DNA of 64,000 nt from Candidatus Electronema sp. JM (GTDB lineage: Bacteria > Desulfobacterota > Desulfobulbia > Desulfobulbales > Desulfobulbaceae), in NCBI RefSeq assembly GCF_048287415.1, contig NZ_JBLWEN010000001.1, forward strand, positions 88,790 to 152,789, read 5' to 3'. The translations under genes were made by a program, and so were the position numbers. This document shows positions 1-9,206 of the stretch, piece by piece. The stretch's first letter is position 1. Every line of letters begins with the position of its first letter. Below the pieces are notes generated by a model. That model did no database searches. It worked only from the letters and a program-made list of their open reading frames with translations, and had not been told where the DNA came from.

Positions 1-1486
1 CAATTTGGAAAACGGGGTGATCAAGGCTCGGAATATTTTCATCAAAATCGCGGCCACCGCCCTGACCATCGGCAGCGGCAATTCAGCGGGCGTGGAAGGC
101 CCCATTGCCCAGATCGGCGGCGCACTCGGCTCGCAATTCGGCCAGCGGCTGCGGGTTTCCGGGGCGAGGATGAAGGTTTATGTCGCCGCAGGCTGCGCGG
201 GCGGCGTGGCCGGAATTTTCAACGCTCCGCTGGCCGGGGTCTTTTTCGCGGCGGAGATCATCCTGCTCGGCACCTACGAGATCGCCGCTTTTTCCGCCTT
301 GGTCATTGCCTCAGCGATGGCCACCGTGATTTCGCGGGCTTGGTACGGCGAGGTGGCTGCCTTTCCCATCCCTGCGTATCACATGGTCAATCCGCTGGTG
401 GAATTGCCGCTCTACACCCTGCTGGCTGTCATTATCGGCATCTTGGCGGTGCTGCACATCCGTTTTTTTTATTTTGTCCGCGACCGCTTCGCCGCTCTGC
501 CGCTGCACAGCCAGCTCAAGCCGATTTGCGGGGCCTTTTTTGTCGGCTGCGTCGGCATTTTTTTTCCGCAGGTGATGGGCGACGGCTACGAATACATTGC
601 CGAAGTGCTCGACGGCAAGGGCGAGCTGGGCGTGATGGCCGCCCTCATCCTGCTCAAATCCGCCGCCACTGCTGTGACGCTCGGCTCCGGCGGCGCGGGC
701 GGCGTGTTCGCGCCCTCGCTCTTCATCGGCGCGGTGATCGGCGGTGCCTTCGGCAGTGTGGCTCATGCCTTGCTGCCGGAGCAGACCGCGACCGCAGGGG
801 CTTATGCCACCGTGGGCATCGGGGCCTTTCTCGCCGCCGCAACGCACGCGCCGATGACCGCAATTTTCCTGCTTTTTGAAATGACCGGCAATTATCTGAT
901 CATCATTCCGGTGATGCTCACCGCCATACTCGGCACCGTGGTTGCGGAAAAACTCTACGGCGATTCGATTGACACCGTGGATTTCACCCGCGAAGGCATA
1001 GACATCCACGAAGGACGGGAAGTGGCGGTGCTGAAATCGATCAAAGTCGGCAAAGCGATTACTGAAGATGTGGACTTCATCAGCGAGACAGCGAATATCA
1101 ATCATCTCCTCAATCTTTTTGCTATGGCCGATGATTCATTTTATTTCCCAGTGGTCAATCATGCTGGACACATGGTCGGCGTTGTCTCCATGCAAGATGT
1201 TAAAAATATTATTCATGACGATGAGCAGCGTTGCTGTCATCTTGTCGGCGCAATTTGCAGCCGCGAGGTCATCGCCCTGACTCCTGACCATAATCTCTAT
1301 GACGCAATTCAGCTTTTTGACATCAAAGGCATTGAGGAAATTCCGGTGGTCGAGAATATGGAGGACAAATGGGTGCTGGGCATGTTGAAACGCCGGGACG
1401 TGATCTCGGTGTACAACCGCGAGGTGCTGCGGCGCGGCATCCGCGAAAAAGCGGAGGAAATCAGAATCCTCTGCGCGTCCGCCTGA
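1..1486 (+). CDS. ClC-type chloride/proton channel with C-terminal CBS-domain pair. It is 5'-partial; the ORF runs off the window start.
   Basis: The protein has multiple hydrophobic helices with ClC signature segments (GSGNSAGVEGP, GCAGGVAGIFNAPLAG, GGAGGVFAPSLFIGA). The C-terminal ~140 aa have two CBS-like repeats (ITEDVDFISETANI... / VIALTPDHNLYDAIQLF...IEEIPVV). The tool starts the ORF at a non-ATG codon at position 5. Confidence 0.85.
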   Translation, partial: NLENGVIKARNIFIKIAATALTIGSGNSAGVEGPIAQIGGALGSQFGQRLRVSGARMKVYVAAGCAGGVAGIFNAPLAGVFFAAEIILLGTYEIAAFSALVIASAMATVISRAWYGEVAAFPIPAYHMVNPLVELPLYTLLAVIIGILAVLHIRFFYFVRDRFAALPLHSQLKPICGAFFVGCVGIFFPQVMGDGYEYIAEVLDGKGELGVMAALILLKSAATAVTLGSGGAGGVFAPSLFIGAVIGGAFGSVAHALLPEQTATAGAYATVGIGAFLAAATHAPMTAIFLLFEMTGNYLIIIPVMLTAILGTVVAEKLYGDSIDTVDFTREGIDIHEGREVAVLKSIKVGKAITEDVDFISETANINHLLNLFAMADDSFYFPVVNHAGHMVGVVSMQDVKNIIHDDEQRCCHLVGAICSREVIALTPDHNLYDAIQLFDIKGIEEIPVVENMEDKWVLGMLKRRDVISVYNREVLRRGIREKAEEIRILCASA

Positions 1487-1496
1487 GGAGGCCCGC

Positions 1497-1892
1497 ATGA
1501 AGATCAGGCTTTTTTCCTTCGGCTTCAAATATGGCCGCCCGGAAGCGGACACAGTCTTCGATGTCCGCTTTCTGCCAAATCCCTACTGGGTGCCGGAGCT
1601 GAAGGAGCGCAGCGGTCTCGACGCGGAGGTGGCCGCCTACGTGCTGGAAAGCCAGGCCGGACGGGAATTCCTCTCCCGCTTGGAACCGCTGCTGCTCTTC
1701 ATGCTCGACAGCCACCGGCAGGCTGGCCGCGAGGACTTCAGCTGCGCGGTGGGCTGCACCGGCGGCAGGCACCGCTCCGTGGCTGTGACCGAGCATCTGC
1801 GGCGGTTCTTAGCCGGAACGGCGGGCGATAAATTGGAGTTTTTTCACCGCGATATCGAGCGGACAGATGCACCATCAACTAATTTTCCCTAA
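1497..1892 (+). CDS. RapZ C-terminal-domain-like protein; the N-terminal P-loop half is absent
   Basis: The 131-aa ORF starts 11 nt after the ClC stop. Its sequence (KYGRPEADTVFDVRFLPNPYWVPELKERSGLD...DFSCAVGCTGGRHRSVAVTEHL) matches the C-terminal domain of RapZ/YhbJ-family proteins. No Walker A half is present. Confidence 0.5.
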   Translation: MKIRLFSFGFKYGRPEADTVFDVRFLPNPYWVPELKERSGLDAEVAAYVLESQAGREFLSRLEPLLLFMLDSHRQAGREDFSCAVGCTGGRHRSVAVTEHLRRFLAGTAGDKLEFFHRDIERTDAPSTNFP

Positions 1893-1904
1893 AGGAGAAC
1901 GAAG

Positions 1905-2960
1905 ATGACTCATGAAGAGCTGCTTCAGGCGATTCAAAGAGCTGCGGATAGCAAAGTGGCACGTTTCAATCTCATCGGCACCCAGCTCAAGGAGCTGCCG
2001 CAGGAACTCTTCGGGTTGAGCAATTTGACCGAACTGAACCTGCGCGGCAACTGCCTGACTGAGCTGCCGCCGGAAATCGGCAGGCTGACCAAGCTGAAAT
2101 CGCTCAACCTCGGCGGCTGCGGCCTGCGCTGTCTTCCTAAAGAAATAGCCAAGCTGAACGCGCTGGAGGAGCTGTATCTGCCCAACAATCTGCTGACGGA
2201 ATTGCCGCCGGAAATCGGCCAGCTCACCCACCTTACCGAACTGAATCTCAACGACAATCAGCTCGAAATGCTGCCGCCGGAGATCGGCAAGCTGACCCGC
2301 CTGCAAGAGCTGTCGCTCAACGGCAACCGCCTGAGCGGGCTGCCTGCGGAATTTTTCCAGCTGACCGAGCTATGCGAGCTGAATCTCGACAGCAACCGTT
2401 TGGCCAGCCTGCCGCCGGAAATTGGCACCTTGGACAAGCTGACTGATTTTTCTATTCTCGACAACCGATTGACCGATCTGCCCGCGACCATTGGCAAGCT
2501 GCGCAGCCTGATCCGCCTCTATCTTGGCGGCAATAAACTGCGCCAGTTGCCGTCGGAAATCACCCAACTGACGAACCTGACCGCCCTCTGTCTCGGCAAC
2601 AACGAGCTGACCGAGCTGCCGCCAGAAGTTTTCCAGCTCACCGGGCTGACTGAGCTGAATCTGCACAGCAACCATCTCAGCGAGCTGCCGCCGGAAATCG
2701 CTAAGTTGAGCGGGCTGGAATCGCTCTGCCTCTACGGCAATAAATTCAATTCCTTCTCGCCTGTGCTTTTCCGGCTGCCGGAACTGACTGAGCTGAATCT
2801 GCACAGCAATCATCTCAGCACGCTGCCGCCGGAAATCACCCAGCTCACCAATCTGGCCGAGCTGCTCGTGGACAACAACCCGCTGATCTCGCCTCCGCCG
2901 GAGATCGCCGAGCAGGGCATTGAGGCGGTGCGGGAGTATTTTGCGGAAACAGAGGCATGA
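1905..2960 (+). CDS. Leucine-rich-repeat protein. It is an LRR-only paralog of the ROCO gene at 53.4 kb and ends exactly where the Roc GTPase would begin.
   Basis: It has about 13 tandem 23-aa LRRs (LxxLxxLxLxxNxLxxLPPEIGxL). The C-terminus NPLISPPPEIAEQGIEAVREYFAETEA* parallels NPLVSPPYEIAIKGISAIREYFAEMEGESKE... of the ROCO ORF. An RBS-like GGAGAA precedes the ATG. Confidence 0.85.
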   Translation: MTHEELLQAIQRAADSKVARFNLIGTQLKELPQELFGLSNLTELNLRGNCLTELPPEIGRLTKLKSLNLGGCGLRCLPKEIAKLNALEELYLPNNLLTELPPEIGQLTHLTELNLNDNQLEMLPPEIGKLTRLQELSLNGNRLSGLPAEFFQLTELCELNLDSNRLASLPPEIGTLDKLTDFSILDNRLTDLPATIGKLRSLIRLYLGGNKLRQLPSEITQLTNLTALCLGNNELTELPPEVFQLTGLTELNLHSNHLSELPPEIAKLSGLESLCLYGNKFNSFSPVLFRLPELTELNLHSNHLSTLPPEITQLTNLAELLVDNNPLISPPPEIAEQGIEAVREYFAETEA

Positions 2961-2973
2961 ACGGATGCTACGG

Positions 2974-5124
2974 CTACGGTTTCGCTTTGGGCAGACTGAT
3001 GGCAAAGACCACGCCGCTTCTGCCGTCATCAAGGTTCCGCACGCTGGCCTTGCCGCCGTGATGCTCCAAAATGGTGCGGACGATATACAGCCCCAAGCCC
3101 ATGTGCGGCCGGTCGTCTTTCACGGGCCGATTTGTTGTCATGGAGTTGAATATCTGCTGCTGGACAGCAGGGTCAATAGTCGGCCCCTGATTGACCACCT
3201 GCATGACAATGAATTCCCCCTGCTCCTCCAGCAGCAGCTCGACCGGCGTTTCCGGCAGATGGAATGAAACCGCATTTTCAACTAATTTGTCGAGGGCCTG
3301 ATGCAGGCGGACTGGATCGCCCTCGACTGCCGCTTCCTGCTCCGGCTGCTGATAGAGAAACTTCACCTCGCTGAAAGCCAACTGCCAGCCATGCTCCAGC
3401 CACATGGAAACGGCCCGGCCCAGATCGAACTGCTCTTTGCTGTCGAGAACCAGGGCATTTTTTAAACTGGCTGCCTCGCGGATTGAGGTGAGCAGGCCTT
3501 CCAGCCGCTGCACATCGCGTTCGGCCCAGCGGATGTACTCCATGATCTGCTTGGGCGGATTTTCCTGCTGCCGCCGCTGCTCCTGCTTGAGATTTTTCAA
3601 CGAAGCGGCGACACCGGCCAGCGGCGTGCGCATTTCATGCTCCAGATTGTCGGCCATCTTCTCCCGATGCTCAATCTGCTGCTGAAGCTGCTCCAGCATG
3701 GAATCCAGAGTCCGGCCCAGATCACCGATCTCATCGTGTGACCGCCGCGCCGGACGGCTGCTGCGGAGATGGCCGTCCGAAGTGATGGCTGTCGCGGCCT
3801 GATCCCGGAGTTTTCTGATCCGGCCTGAGAGGCGGTAGGCGAAGAAGAAAAACACGCCGCCGCCGAAGAGGAAGGCCAAAACGGAAAGGGTGATCGTTTC
3901 CTCAATCATCTGGTTGCCGAGCGCGAGGATGGAGTTGGTGGTCTGCTCAACCACCACCGCAGCAATGACCTTGCCGTTTTCGTGCAGCGGGGCAATGGCG
4001 GCCATTACTTCGGTCTGGCCGTCCTCCATCAGGTATTTGGTGAGCGTGTGCCTTCCTTCCAGCCCTTCCCGGATGCCCTGCATGTCCAGCTCAGTCGGCT
4101 GCGAGGCCTGCTCTTGAATTTTCACATCAGGAGCAATGGTGAAAAAACGGTACAGAGGCCGGAGCAGTTCACCAGCTTGGCGCATGATTTCGGTAAATCG
4201 ATCTGCCTCCTCAGACAGATTTTCAGGATTGCGGAGACTGCCGACCTGCGCCCGGACCCGCTGATTTTGATCCACCACCCGGATGCGGGCATAAGGCCGG
4301 TCCAAGGAACGGAGGATATCCTCTATCGGCTTGGAGGTGCCAAGCAGCCAGCCCGGCTCCTGATTGGCAGAAATATTGGCGGTGCCGATCATGGTGCGGA
4401 CACTCCGCTCCTGCTCATCGTCCACATCAGCTACGATAAAGGCCAGCTTGCTGCCGAGCAGATCAAGGGGAATGCGCAGTTCCAGCACATAGCCTCCGCT
4501 TTTCTGCTTCCATACCCCCTGAATGCGCGGCTCGCTGACCGGAAATTTGATTGGATTGCTCGGCATGAGAAAGGGGCTGATCCAGCCTGGTTCATACGGA
4601 GAAATCAAATACCGCCGCTGGCCTTGCTCATCTTCAATCACCAACTGAAGATGGTCGGAACGATCAAGGCGGAGCGAGCTGCGGCTGCGGTAGATGACCT
4701 GGTCATCTTGCACATCAAAAAAAGCGTAGAGATATTTGTCCTGCTTGCCGGTCAGATGACGGAAGCTGAGGGTTTGCGGCAAATATCCCTCTTGCGGACT
4801 GAGCAGATGCTCTTGACCAAAGGTTTTCGCCTGCTCCAGTTCTGGCTGCCAGTCATCCACATTGCCGTCCAGCCGGATGGTGTTGGAAAGCTGAAACAGG
4901 TAGAGATCGCGGCTTTGGTTGAGTGAGCGGAACTGCTCGCGGTCAAACAGGTCGCTGCGGTTGGTGAGGGCGGCCGCGACGGCCTGCGCCGTGAAATTGA
5001 GGGTGTCTTTCTGGCTGATCATCAGGCTGCGCTTGAGCGTGCTGTTCAGCCGCATTCCCAGCAGCGGGAAGAGCAGCAGCAACAGCGAGAGCAGCGCCAG
5101 TTTAGAGCGGAGGGAAATGCGCAC
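2974..5124 (-). CDS. Sensor histidine kinase with a large periplasmic sensor between two TM segments, then HAMP-like, HisKA and HATPase_c domains
   Basis: There is an N-terminal signal/TM (LALLSLLLLLFPLL) and a second TM (LSVLAFLFGGGVFFFFAY). The H-box is EHEMRTPLAGV. The C-terminus has N/G1/G2 boxes (NAVSFH..., GLGLYIV). The gene sits immediately upstream of an OmpR-type regulator, separated by a 4-nt gap. Confidence 0.85.
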   Translation of the reverse strand: MRISLRSKLALLSLLLLLFPLLGMRLNSTLKRSLMISQKDTLNFTAQAVAAALTNRSDLFDREQFRSLNQSRDLYLFQLSNTIRLDGNVDDWQPELEQAKTFGQEHLLSPQEGYLPQTLSFRHLTGKQDKYLYAFFDVQDDQVIYRSRSSLRLDRSDHLQLVIEDEQGQRRYLISPYEPGWISPFLMPSNPIKFPVSEPRIQGVWKQKSGGYVLELRIPLDLLGSKLAFIVADVDDEQERSVRTMIGTANISANQEPGWLLGTSKPIEDILRSLDRPYARIRVVDQNQRVRAQVGSLRNPENLSEEADRFTEIMRQAGELLRPLYRFFTIAPDVKIQEQASQPTELDMQGIREGLEGRHTLTKYLMEDGQTEVMAAIAPLHENGKVIAAVVVEQTTNSILALGNQMIEETITLSVLAFLFGGGVFFFFAYRLSGRIRKLRDQAATAITSDGHLRSSRPARRSHDEIGDLGRTLDSMLEQLQQQIEHREKMADNLEHEMRTPLAGVAASLKNLKQEQRRQQENPPKQIMEYIRWAERDVQRLEGLLTSIREAASLKNALVLDSKEQFDLGRAVSMWLEHGWQLAFSEVKFLYQQPEQEAAVEGDPVRLHQALDKLVENAVSFHLPETPVELLLEEQGEFIVMQVVNQGPTIDPAVQQQIFNSMTTNRPVKDDRPHMGLGLYIVRTILEHHGGKASVRNLDDGRSGVVFAISLPKAKP

Positions 5125-5128
5125 CGAT

Positions 5129-5821
5129 TCAGGGCTGCCAGCGGTAGCCCATGCCGTATTCCGAACGGATGGCGTTGAATTCTGGGTCAGCTTCCCGGAA
5201 CTTGTCCCGGATGCGGCGGATATGGGCGGCGATGGCGTTGTTGGTCACGATCACGCTGGCCGCCTCCATGAGCTGATCATGATTTTTGACATGGCCGGGC
5301 CGCCGCGCCAGGCAAAGCAGTATCCAAAATTCCGTCAGAGTCAAGCTGACCGGCTCGCCTTTCCAGTGCACCTCTTTGCGGTCCTCGTCAATACGCAAAT
5401 CTTGATGCTCAATGATCCGGTTGTTGGCCGGACTGCTGCGCAGGGCTTCGACCGTGCGGAACAGGGCGGAAATGCGGGCCGGCAGAAAATCCAAGGTGGT
5501 GGTGTCCTTGGTCAGATAATCCCATGCGCCGAGCCGCAGGCCGGAAACCCGGTCCACATCTGAATTGCGGGCGGTGAGGAAAATGATCGGAATCACTGGC
5601 GAAAGCGAGCGCAGATGCTGGCACAGCTCGAAGCCGCCAGCCATCTCCTCGCCGAGCATGATGTCTAAAATGGCCAGATCAGGCAGCGAACGGCTGAAAG
5701 CGGTCATTGCCTCCTGTCTGCTGCTGTAGCTGCTGACTTCATAGCCTTCCCGGTGCAGGGCTTGGGCATAATTGGCCTGAAGCCGTGGGTCATCCTCAAC
5801 CAAGGCGATGCGGTAGGTCAT
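5129..5821 (-). CDS. OmpR-family response regulator (receiver plus winged-helix)
   Basis: The receiver has a conserved Asp pocket (VEDD...LAILDIML) and a C-terminal trans_reg_C-like winged helix (LTLTEFWILLCLARRPGHVKNHDQLMEA...). It is co-directional with the kinase, separated by 4 nt. Confidence 0.85.
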   Translation of the reverse strand: MTYRIALVEDDPRLQANYAQALHREGYEVSSYSSRQEAMTAFSRSLPDLAILDIMLGEEMAGGFELCQHLRSLSPVIPIIFLTARNSDVDRVSGLRLGAWDYLTKDTTTLDFLPARISALFRTVEALRSSPANNRIIEHQDLRIDEDRKEVHWKGEPVSLTLTEFWILLCLARRPGHVKNHDQLMEAASVIVTNNAIAAHIRRIRDKFREADPEFNAIRSEYGMGYRWQP

Positions 5822-6018
5822 GGCGGAATGTTGCGGGCGAAATAAGCGGTCATGCTGTTTTTTTAAAACGTTACCACAGATTTTTCTTTTCCGCCAGTTC
5901 GGAATGCGTTGTCATGATTCGTCACCTTTCTTCTCCGACGCGTCATGATTCAGCGGCGGAATGGTCATGGTCATTGATAAAAATACTGACAGGAAGAATT
6001 CTTAGATGGAGAACAATC

Positions 6019-6216
6019 ATGACCACAAAAAAAGCAAACAAACTTGGCAGCCTTCCTGCCGTTGACCCTGGCTCTCTGATGCTGGCTGTTTATGTTTTCG
6101 CGGTGAGTGCGCTGGTGCTGCTTGGCTGGCTTGGCTCCGCCGGCGCCGACGGCAAAACGGATATCGTCTTGGCAAAAACAGAAATTCCGGCGGTGACAGT
6201 TCAAATCCAGCGGTGA
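6019..6216 (+). CDS. Small single-TM protein of 65 aa, hypothetical
   Basis: An internal ATG with RBS-like GGAGAACAATC sits upstream. The product is MTTKKANKLGSLPAV...LMLAVYVFAVSALVLLGWLGS. It ends 3 nt before the next ATG. The call relies on ORF and RBS only. Confidence 0.3.
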   Translation: MTTKKANKLGSLPAVDPGSLMLAVYVFAVSALVLLGWLGSAGADGKTDIVLAKTEIPAVTVQIQR

Positions 6217-6219
6217 ATC

Positions 6220-6747
6220 ATGCGGCACCAGAACATATCACCTGAGTTGCAGTATTGTCCGCAGTGTGGTGACGAATACCGGGCGGACATAGTCCGCTGC
6301 GCCGCCTGCGTTGTTCCTTTGCTCAGTGGTAAAGAGCTGCTGGCACAGCAGCGAGGGCAAGCTGCTGCGCCCCGCCGACCGATCAGCCCGGATGATGAGT
6401 TGGTCACCATCCAGAAAGGGCCGGTGGTGCAGATGCAGATGGTGCAGGCGATGCTGAAGCGGGCGGGCATTCCTTCCTTGGCGGCAGGCGAGTCCTCATC
6501 ATCCTGCGCCAGCGGCGGCTGCGGCGGCCCTAACTTGCTGATTCAAATCAGAAGCAGCGATTATGAGGCTGCCGCTGCGGCACTTGCCGCAGAGTATGTC
6601 CGCAGCACCGGGCTGCGCGATCATGACGTTGCCGCCGCTGGCGCAGTTTTTGACGCGGAAGCCGAAACTGCCCTCTGTCCAGCCTGCGGCTGCCACTTTT
6701 CAACCACGCACGACTCCTGCCCTGACTGCGGCCTCTCCTTTGTCTGA
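6220..6747 (+). CDS. Double zinc-ribbon protein with a central DUF2007-like putative signal-transducing fold
   Basis: The N-terminus has CPQCG...CAAC and the C-terminus has CPACG...CPDCG. The middle segment (LVTIQKGPVVQMQMVQAMLKRAGIPS...LLIQIRSSDYEAA) resembles DUF2007. Confidence 0.4.
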   Translation: MRHQNISPELQYCPQCGDEYRADIVRCAACVVPLLSGKELLAQQRGQAAAPRRPISPDDELVTIQKGPVVQMQMVQAMLKRAGIPSLAAGESSSSCASGGCGGPNLLIQIRSSDYEAAAAALAAEYVRSTGLRDHDVAAAGAVFDAEAETALCPACGCHFSTTHDSCPDCGLSFV

Positions 6748-6901
6748 CTTTTTGTTTCCACCTTGATTTTCTCGGCGGAAACGAAAAGTTCTTTTTTTTT
6801 TCAGCCAGGATGATGTACAATTTCTTTTAAAAATCCTGCCAGGCAGCGGCGCGCCGCGCATTCCGCCTGGCTGCGGCAACATTTCAAGGAGAGACAGCAA
6901 C

Positions 6902-7660
6902 ATGAAAAAACTCGCAGCATATGCGGCAGCTGGTCTGATGCTGCTGGCCGTGCATCCGGCGGCAGCAGAGGTCAAATTGGAGACAGAAAGCCAGCGGTTC
7001 AGCTACGCCCTGGGCATGGATTTCGGCACCTATCTGAAAGGGCTGGGCGAGGAGTTTGATCTCAACATCATTGAGCAGGCGATGAAGGATGCCTACACTC
7101 CCGGATCCAAACTGCTGATGACTGCGGAAGAGGCGGCCAAGGCGCAGGAAAACTTCGGCAAGCGGCAGCAGCAGAAGTTCATGGCGATGTTGCAGGCCAA
7201 CAAAGAAGCGGCGAAAAAATTTCTTGATGAGAATAAAACGAAAGAAGGCGTGAAGACTACCGCTTCGGGTCTTCAGTACAAAATCATCAAGGAAGGCAGC
7301 GGAGCTAAACCGACCTCGTCCGACCTCGTCAAAGTGCAGTACAAGGGCACCCTGCTTGACGGCAAGGAATTCGACAGCTCGTACAAACGCAAGGAACCGG
7401 CCAAATTCCGCGTGGATCAGGTCATCCCCGGCTGGACCGAAGCCCTCCAGCTCATGCCGGTCGGCAGTTCTTTTGAGCTGTACATTCCGCCCTCGCTGGC
7501 CTATGGCGACCGGGGTGCGCCGCCGGTGATTCAGCCTGGCTGCCTGCTGAAATTTGAGGTGGAGCTGCTGGAAATCCTGAAGCAGGAGGAAAAGCCGAAG
7601 GCGGAACCGGCGGCAGAGGAGAACAAAGCGGACGACAAGAAGGACGAAGGTAAAAACTGA
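6902..7660 (+). CDS. fkpA: Periplasmic FKBP-type peptidyl-prolyl cis-trans isomerase (FkpA/Mip-like)
   Basis: It has a signal peptide ([22 protein letters not shown]), an N-terminal dimerisation helix, and an FKBP core ([19 protein letters not shown]...[34 protein letters not shown]). Confidence 0.85.
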   Translation: MKKLAAYAAAGLMLLAVHPAAAEVKLETESQRFSYALGMDFGTYLKGLGEEFDLNIIEQAMKDAYTPGSKLLMTAEEAAKAQENFGKRQQQKFMAMLQANKEAAKKFLDENKTKEGVKTTASGLQYKIIKEGSGAKPTSSDLVKVQYKGTLLDGKEFDSSYKRKEPAKFRVDQVIPGWTEALQLMPVGSSFELYIPPSLAYGDRGAPPVIQPGCLLKFEVELLEILKQEEKPKAEPAAEENKADDKKDEGKN

Positions 7661-7680
7661 GTTCGTTCTGACGACGGGCA

Positions 7681-7718
7681 GAGCCTGATCCTTTCCGGGA
7701 TCAGGCTTTTTTTTCTGT
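7681..7718. terminator. Bidirectional intrinsic terminator between convergent fkpA and the DUF134 gene
   Basis: GAGCCTGATCC-TTTCCG-GGATCAGGC is followed by T8 on the + strand and A-rich on the - strand. The DUF134 stop codon lies in the T/A tract. Confidence 0.7.
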
Positions 7719-8003
7719 CAGTTCATCCTCCTCGAAAATCAAGGCCGCGCCGGAGACCAGCGCATCAGCAGTTTTCTGGCGGGCGGAAGCAAGCAGCCGC
7801 TGCACTGTTCCTCGCGAAACCCCCATCCGCTCCCCAGCCTGTTCTTGAAACAGCCCTTCCAGATCGCAGAGCTTGAGCACCTCCAGCTCGTCGCGAAACA
7901 GCATGATCTGCCTCAGGCTGCGCAGCGGGATGCCGACCGGTTTGAATGCGCTGCTGGGGCAGCCGCCTTCACAGCAGCGTTGTTTCCGGGGGCGCGGCGA
8001 CAT
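7701..8003 (-). CDS. DUF134-family small putative DNA-binding protein
   Basis: It has an N-terminal Cys cluster (RCCEGGCP) and an HTH-like C-terminal half (EQAGERMGVSRGTVQRLLASARQK). It is adjacent to and co-directional with a NifX/NifB-like gene, which is a recurrent pairing. Confidence 0.6.
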   Translation of the reverse strand: MSPRPRKQRCCEGGCPSSAFKPVGIPLRSLRQIMLFRDELEVLKLCDLEGLFQEQAGERMGVSRGTVQRLLASARQKTADALVSGAALIFEEDELTEKKA

Positions 8004-8013
8004 GCGGGGCAGC

Positions 8014-8415
8014 TCAATGGTGGTGGCAGTTGCCGTCGCCTTTGCAGGTCTGCTCAGGCCGCATCAGGGCGAAGCTGCCTGCCAGCAGCCCGGCTGCGGC
8101 ATCCTTGACATGCTTCAGGCCAAGCAATTCAGCACGATAGACCGCAATGCCCACATCCGCGCAGGCCTGCATGGGCCGCGCTCCCATGCCGCCAACCACC
8201 AGTGCGCCGACACCTTTGTTGTGCAGCAATTTCACCGGCCCGACACAGCCGCCTGCGCCATGCTCCACATTGGCGACTGTGTCCACTGAGGCTATGGCCC
8301 CATCCTGAATTTGGATCAGGGTGAACAGATCGCAGTGGCCGAAATGTTCGGAAATTTCCGCATCTAAGCCGCCAGGATTATTGGACGGCACTGCCAGCGT
8401 CATCGTCGCTTCCAT
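8014..8415 (-). CDS. NifX/NifB-family (dinitrogenase FeMo-cofactor-binding fold) small protein
   Basis: The sequence is MEATMTLAVPSNNPGGLDAEISEHFGHCDLFTLIQI...GVGALVVGGMGARPMQ...GIAVY. The tool ORF extends to 8487, but the likely start is the internal MEATM. Confidence 0.6.
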   Translation of the reverse strand: MEATMTLAVPSNNPGGLDAEISEHFGHCDLFTLIQIQDGAIASVDTVANVEHGAGGCVGPVKLLHNKGVGALVVGGMGARPMQACADVGIAVYRAELLGLKHVKDAAAGLLAGSFALMRPEQTCKGDGNCHHH

Positions 8416-8627
8416 TTTTTTCGCTCTGCTGAAATTTTTTCTTCTGCGGCAGCCGATTGCTGCCGCACGTTTTGAACATATGCACATTACGCCGCCTGCG
8501 CCAGCATGTCAAGCACGAAAAATCACCGCCTGCCGGTGGACAAGAACAGCGGAATAGTGTACCTTGCAGCAGCTTATCCGCTTCAGAGCAGCGGCGTTCA
8601 GCCTGCTGCCAATTCCCGGAACATCGT

Positions 8628-9194
8628 ATGCGCAGACGTTTTTTTCTTTTTCTTTTTCTTTGTGTTGCCTTGCCCGCTGTCCTGTTTGCGGCAGGAGCTG
8701 AAGATGACAAGCCGACAGTTGCCGGCATCACGCTCACGGCCTCTGGCGGACGGCTGCTGCTGGCCGCCGCTGTCAAAAATTCTTTCACCAAAGAGATGCT
8801 GGAAGGGGTGCAGAACGGCATCCCTGTCATCTTCCGCTTCACCATGAAGCTGGAGCGCGTCCGCAGCTATTGGTTCAACAAGGAACTTGCCGCTCTTGAT
8901 ATCAGCCACACCCTGAGCTACGATCCTATCCGGCGGGAATATCAGATCGTTTTTTCGGAGAAAAAACAGCCGCACAGCACCCGTTCTCTGAGCGAGGCGC
9001 AGCGGCTGATGGCCGAGCTGAAAGGACTTGAAATCGCTAAACTGGATCAGCTTGCCGCTGGTTCAGGCTGCGCCCTGCATATCAAGGCCACGCTGGCGGA
9101 AAATACTTTTCCGCTTGGTCTGCACATGATTATCCCCTTCACTTCGCTGTGGAATATTGAAACCGACTGGCGCACTGTCGAATTCACCTACTGA
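8628..9194 (+). CDS. DUF4390-family periplasmic protein, the usual ntrY-upstream partner
   Basis: It starts with the signal peptide MRRRFFLFLFLCVALPAVLFAAGA. The rest of the sequence (LTASGGRLLLAAAVKNSF...VIFRFTMKLERVRSYWFNKELAALDISHTLSYDPIRREYQIV) looks like DUF4390. The tool ORF at 8457 has a probable over-extended N-terminus. Confidence 0.6.
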   Translation: MRRRFFLFLFLCVALPAVLFAAGAEDDKPTVAGITLTASGGRLLLAAAVKNSFTKEMLEGVQNGIPVIFRFTMKLERVRSYWFNKELAALDISHTLSYDPIRREYQIVFSEKKQPHSTRSLSEAQRLMAELKGLEIAKLDQLAAGSGCALHIKATLAENTFPLGLHMIIPFTSLWNIETDWRTVEFTY

Positions 9195-9206
9195 GCATGT
9201 GGACCG

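Noticed and set aside
8640-8665. CT-rich microsatellite (ttttttctttttctttttcttt) as a phase-variation tract
   Set aside because: It encodes the FLFLFL hydrophobic core of the DUF4390 signal peptide. It is coding, not a regulatory homopolymer.
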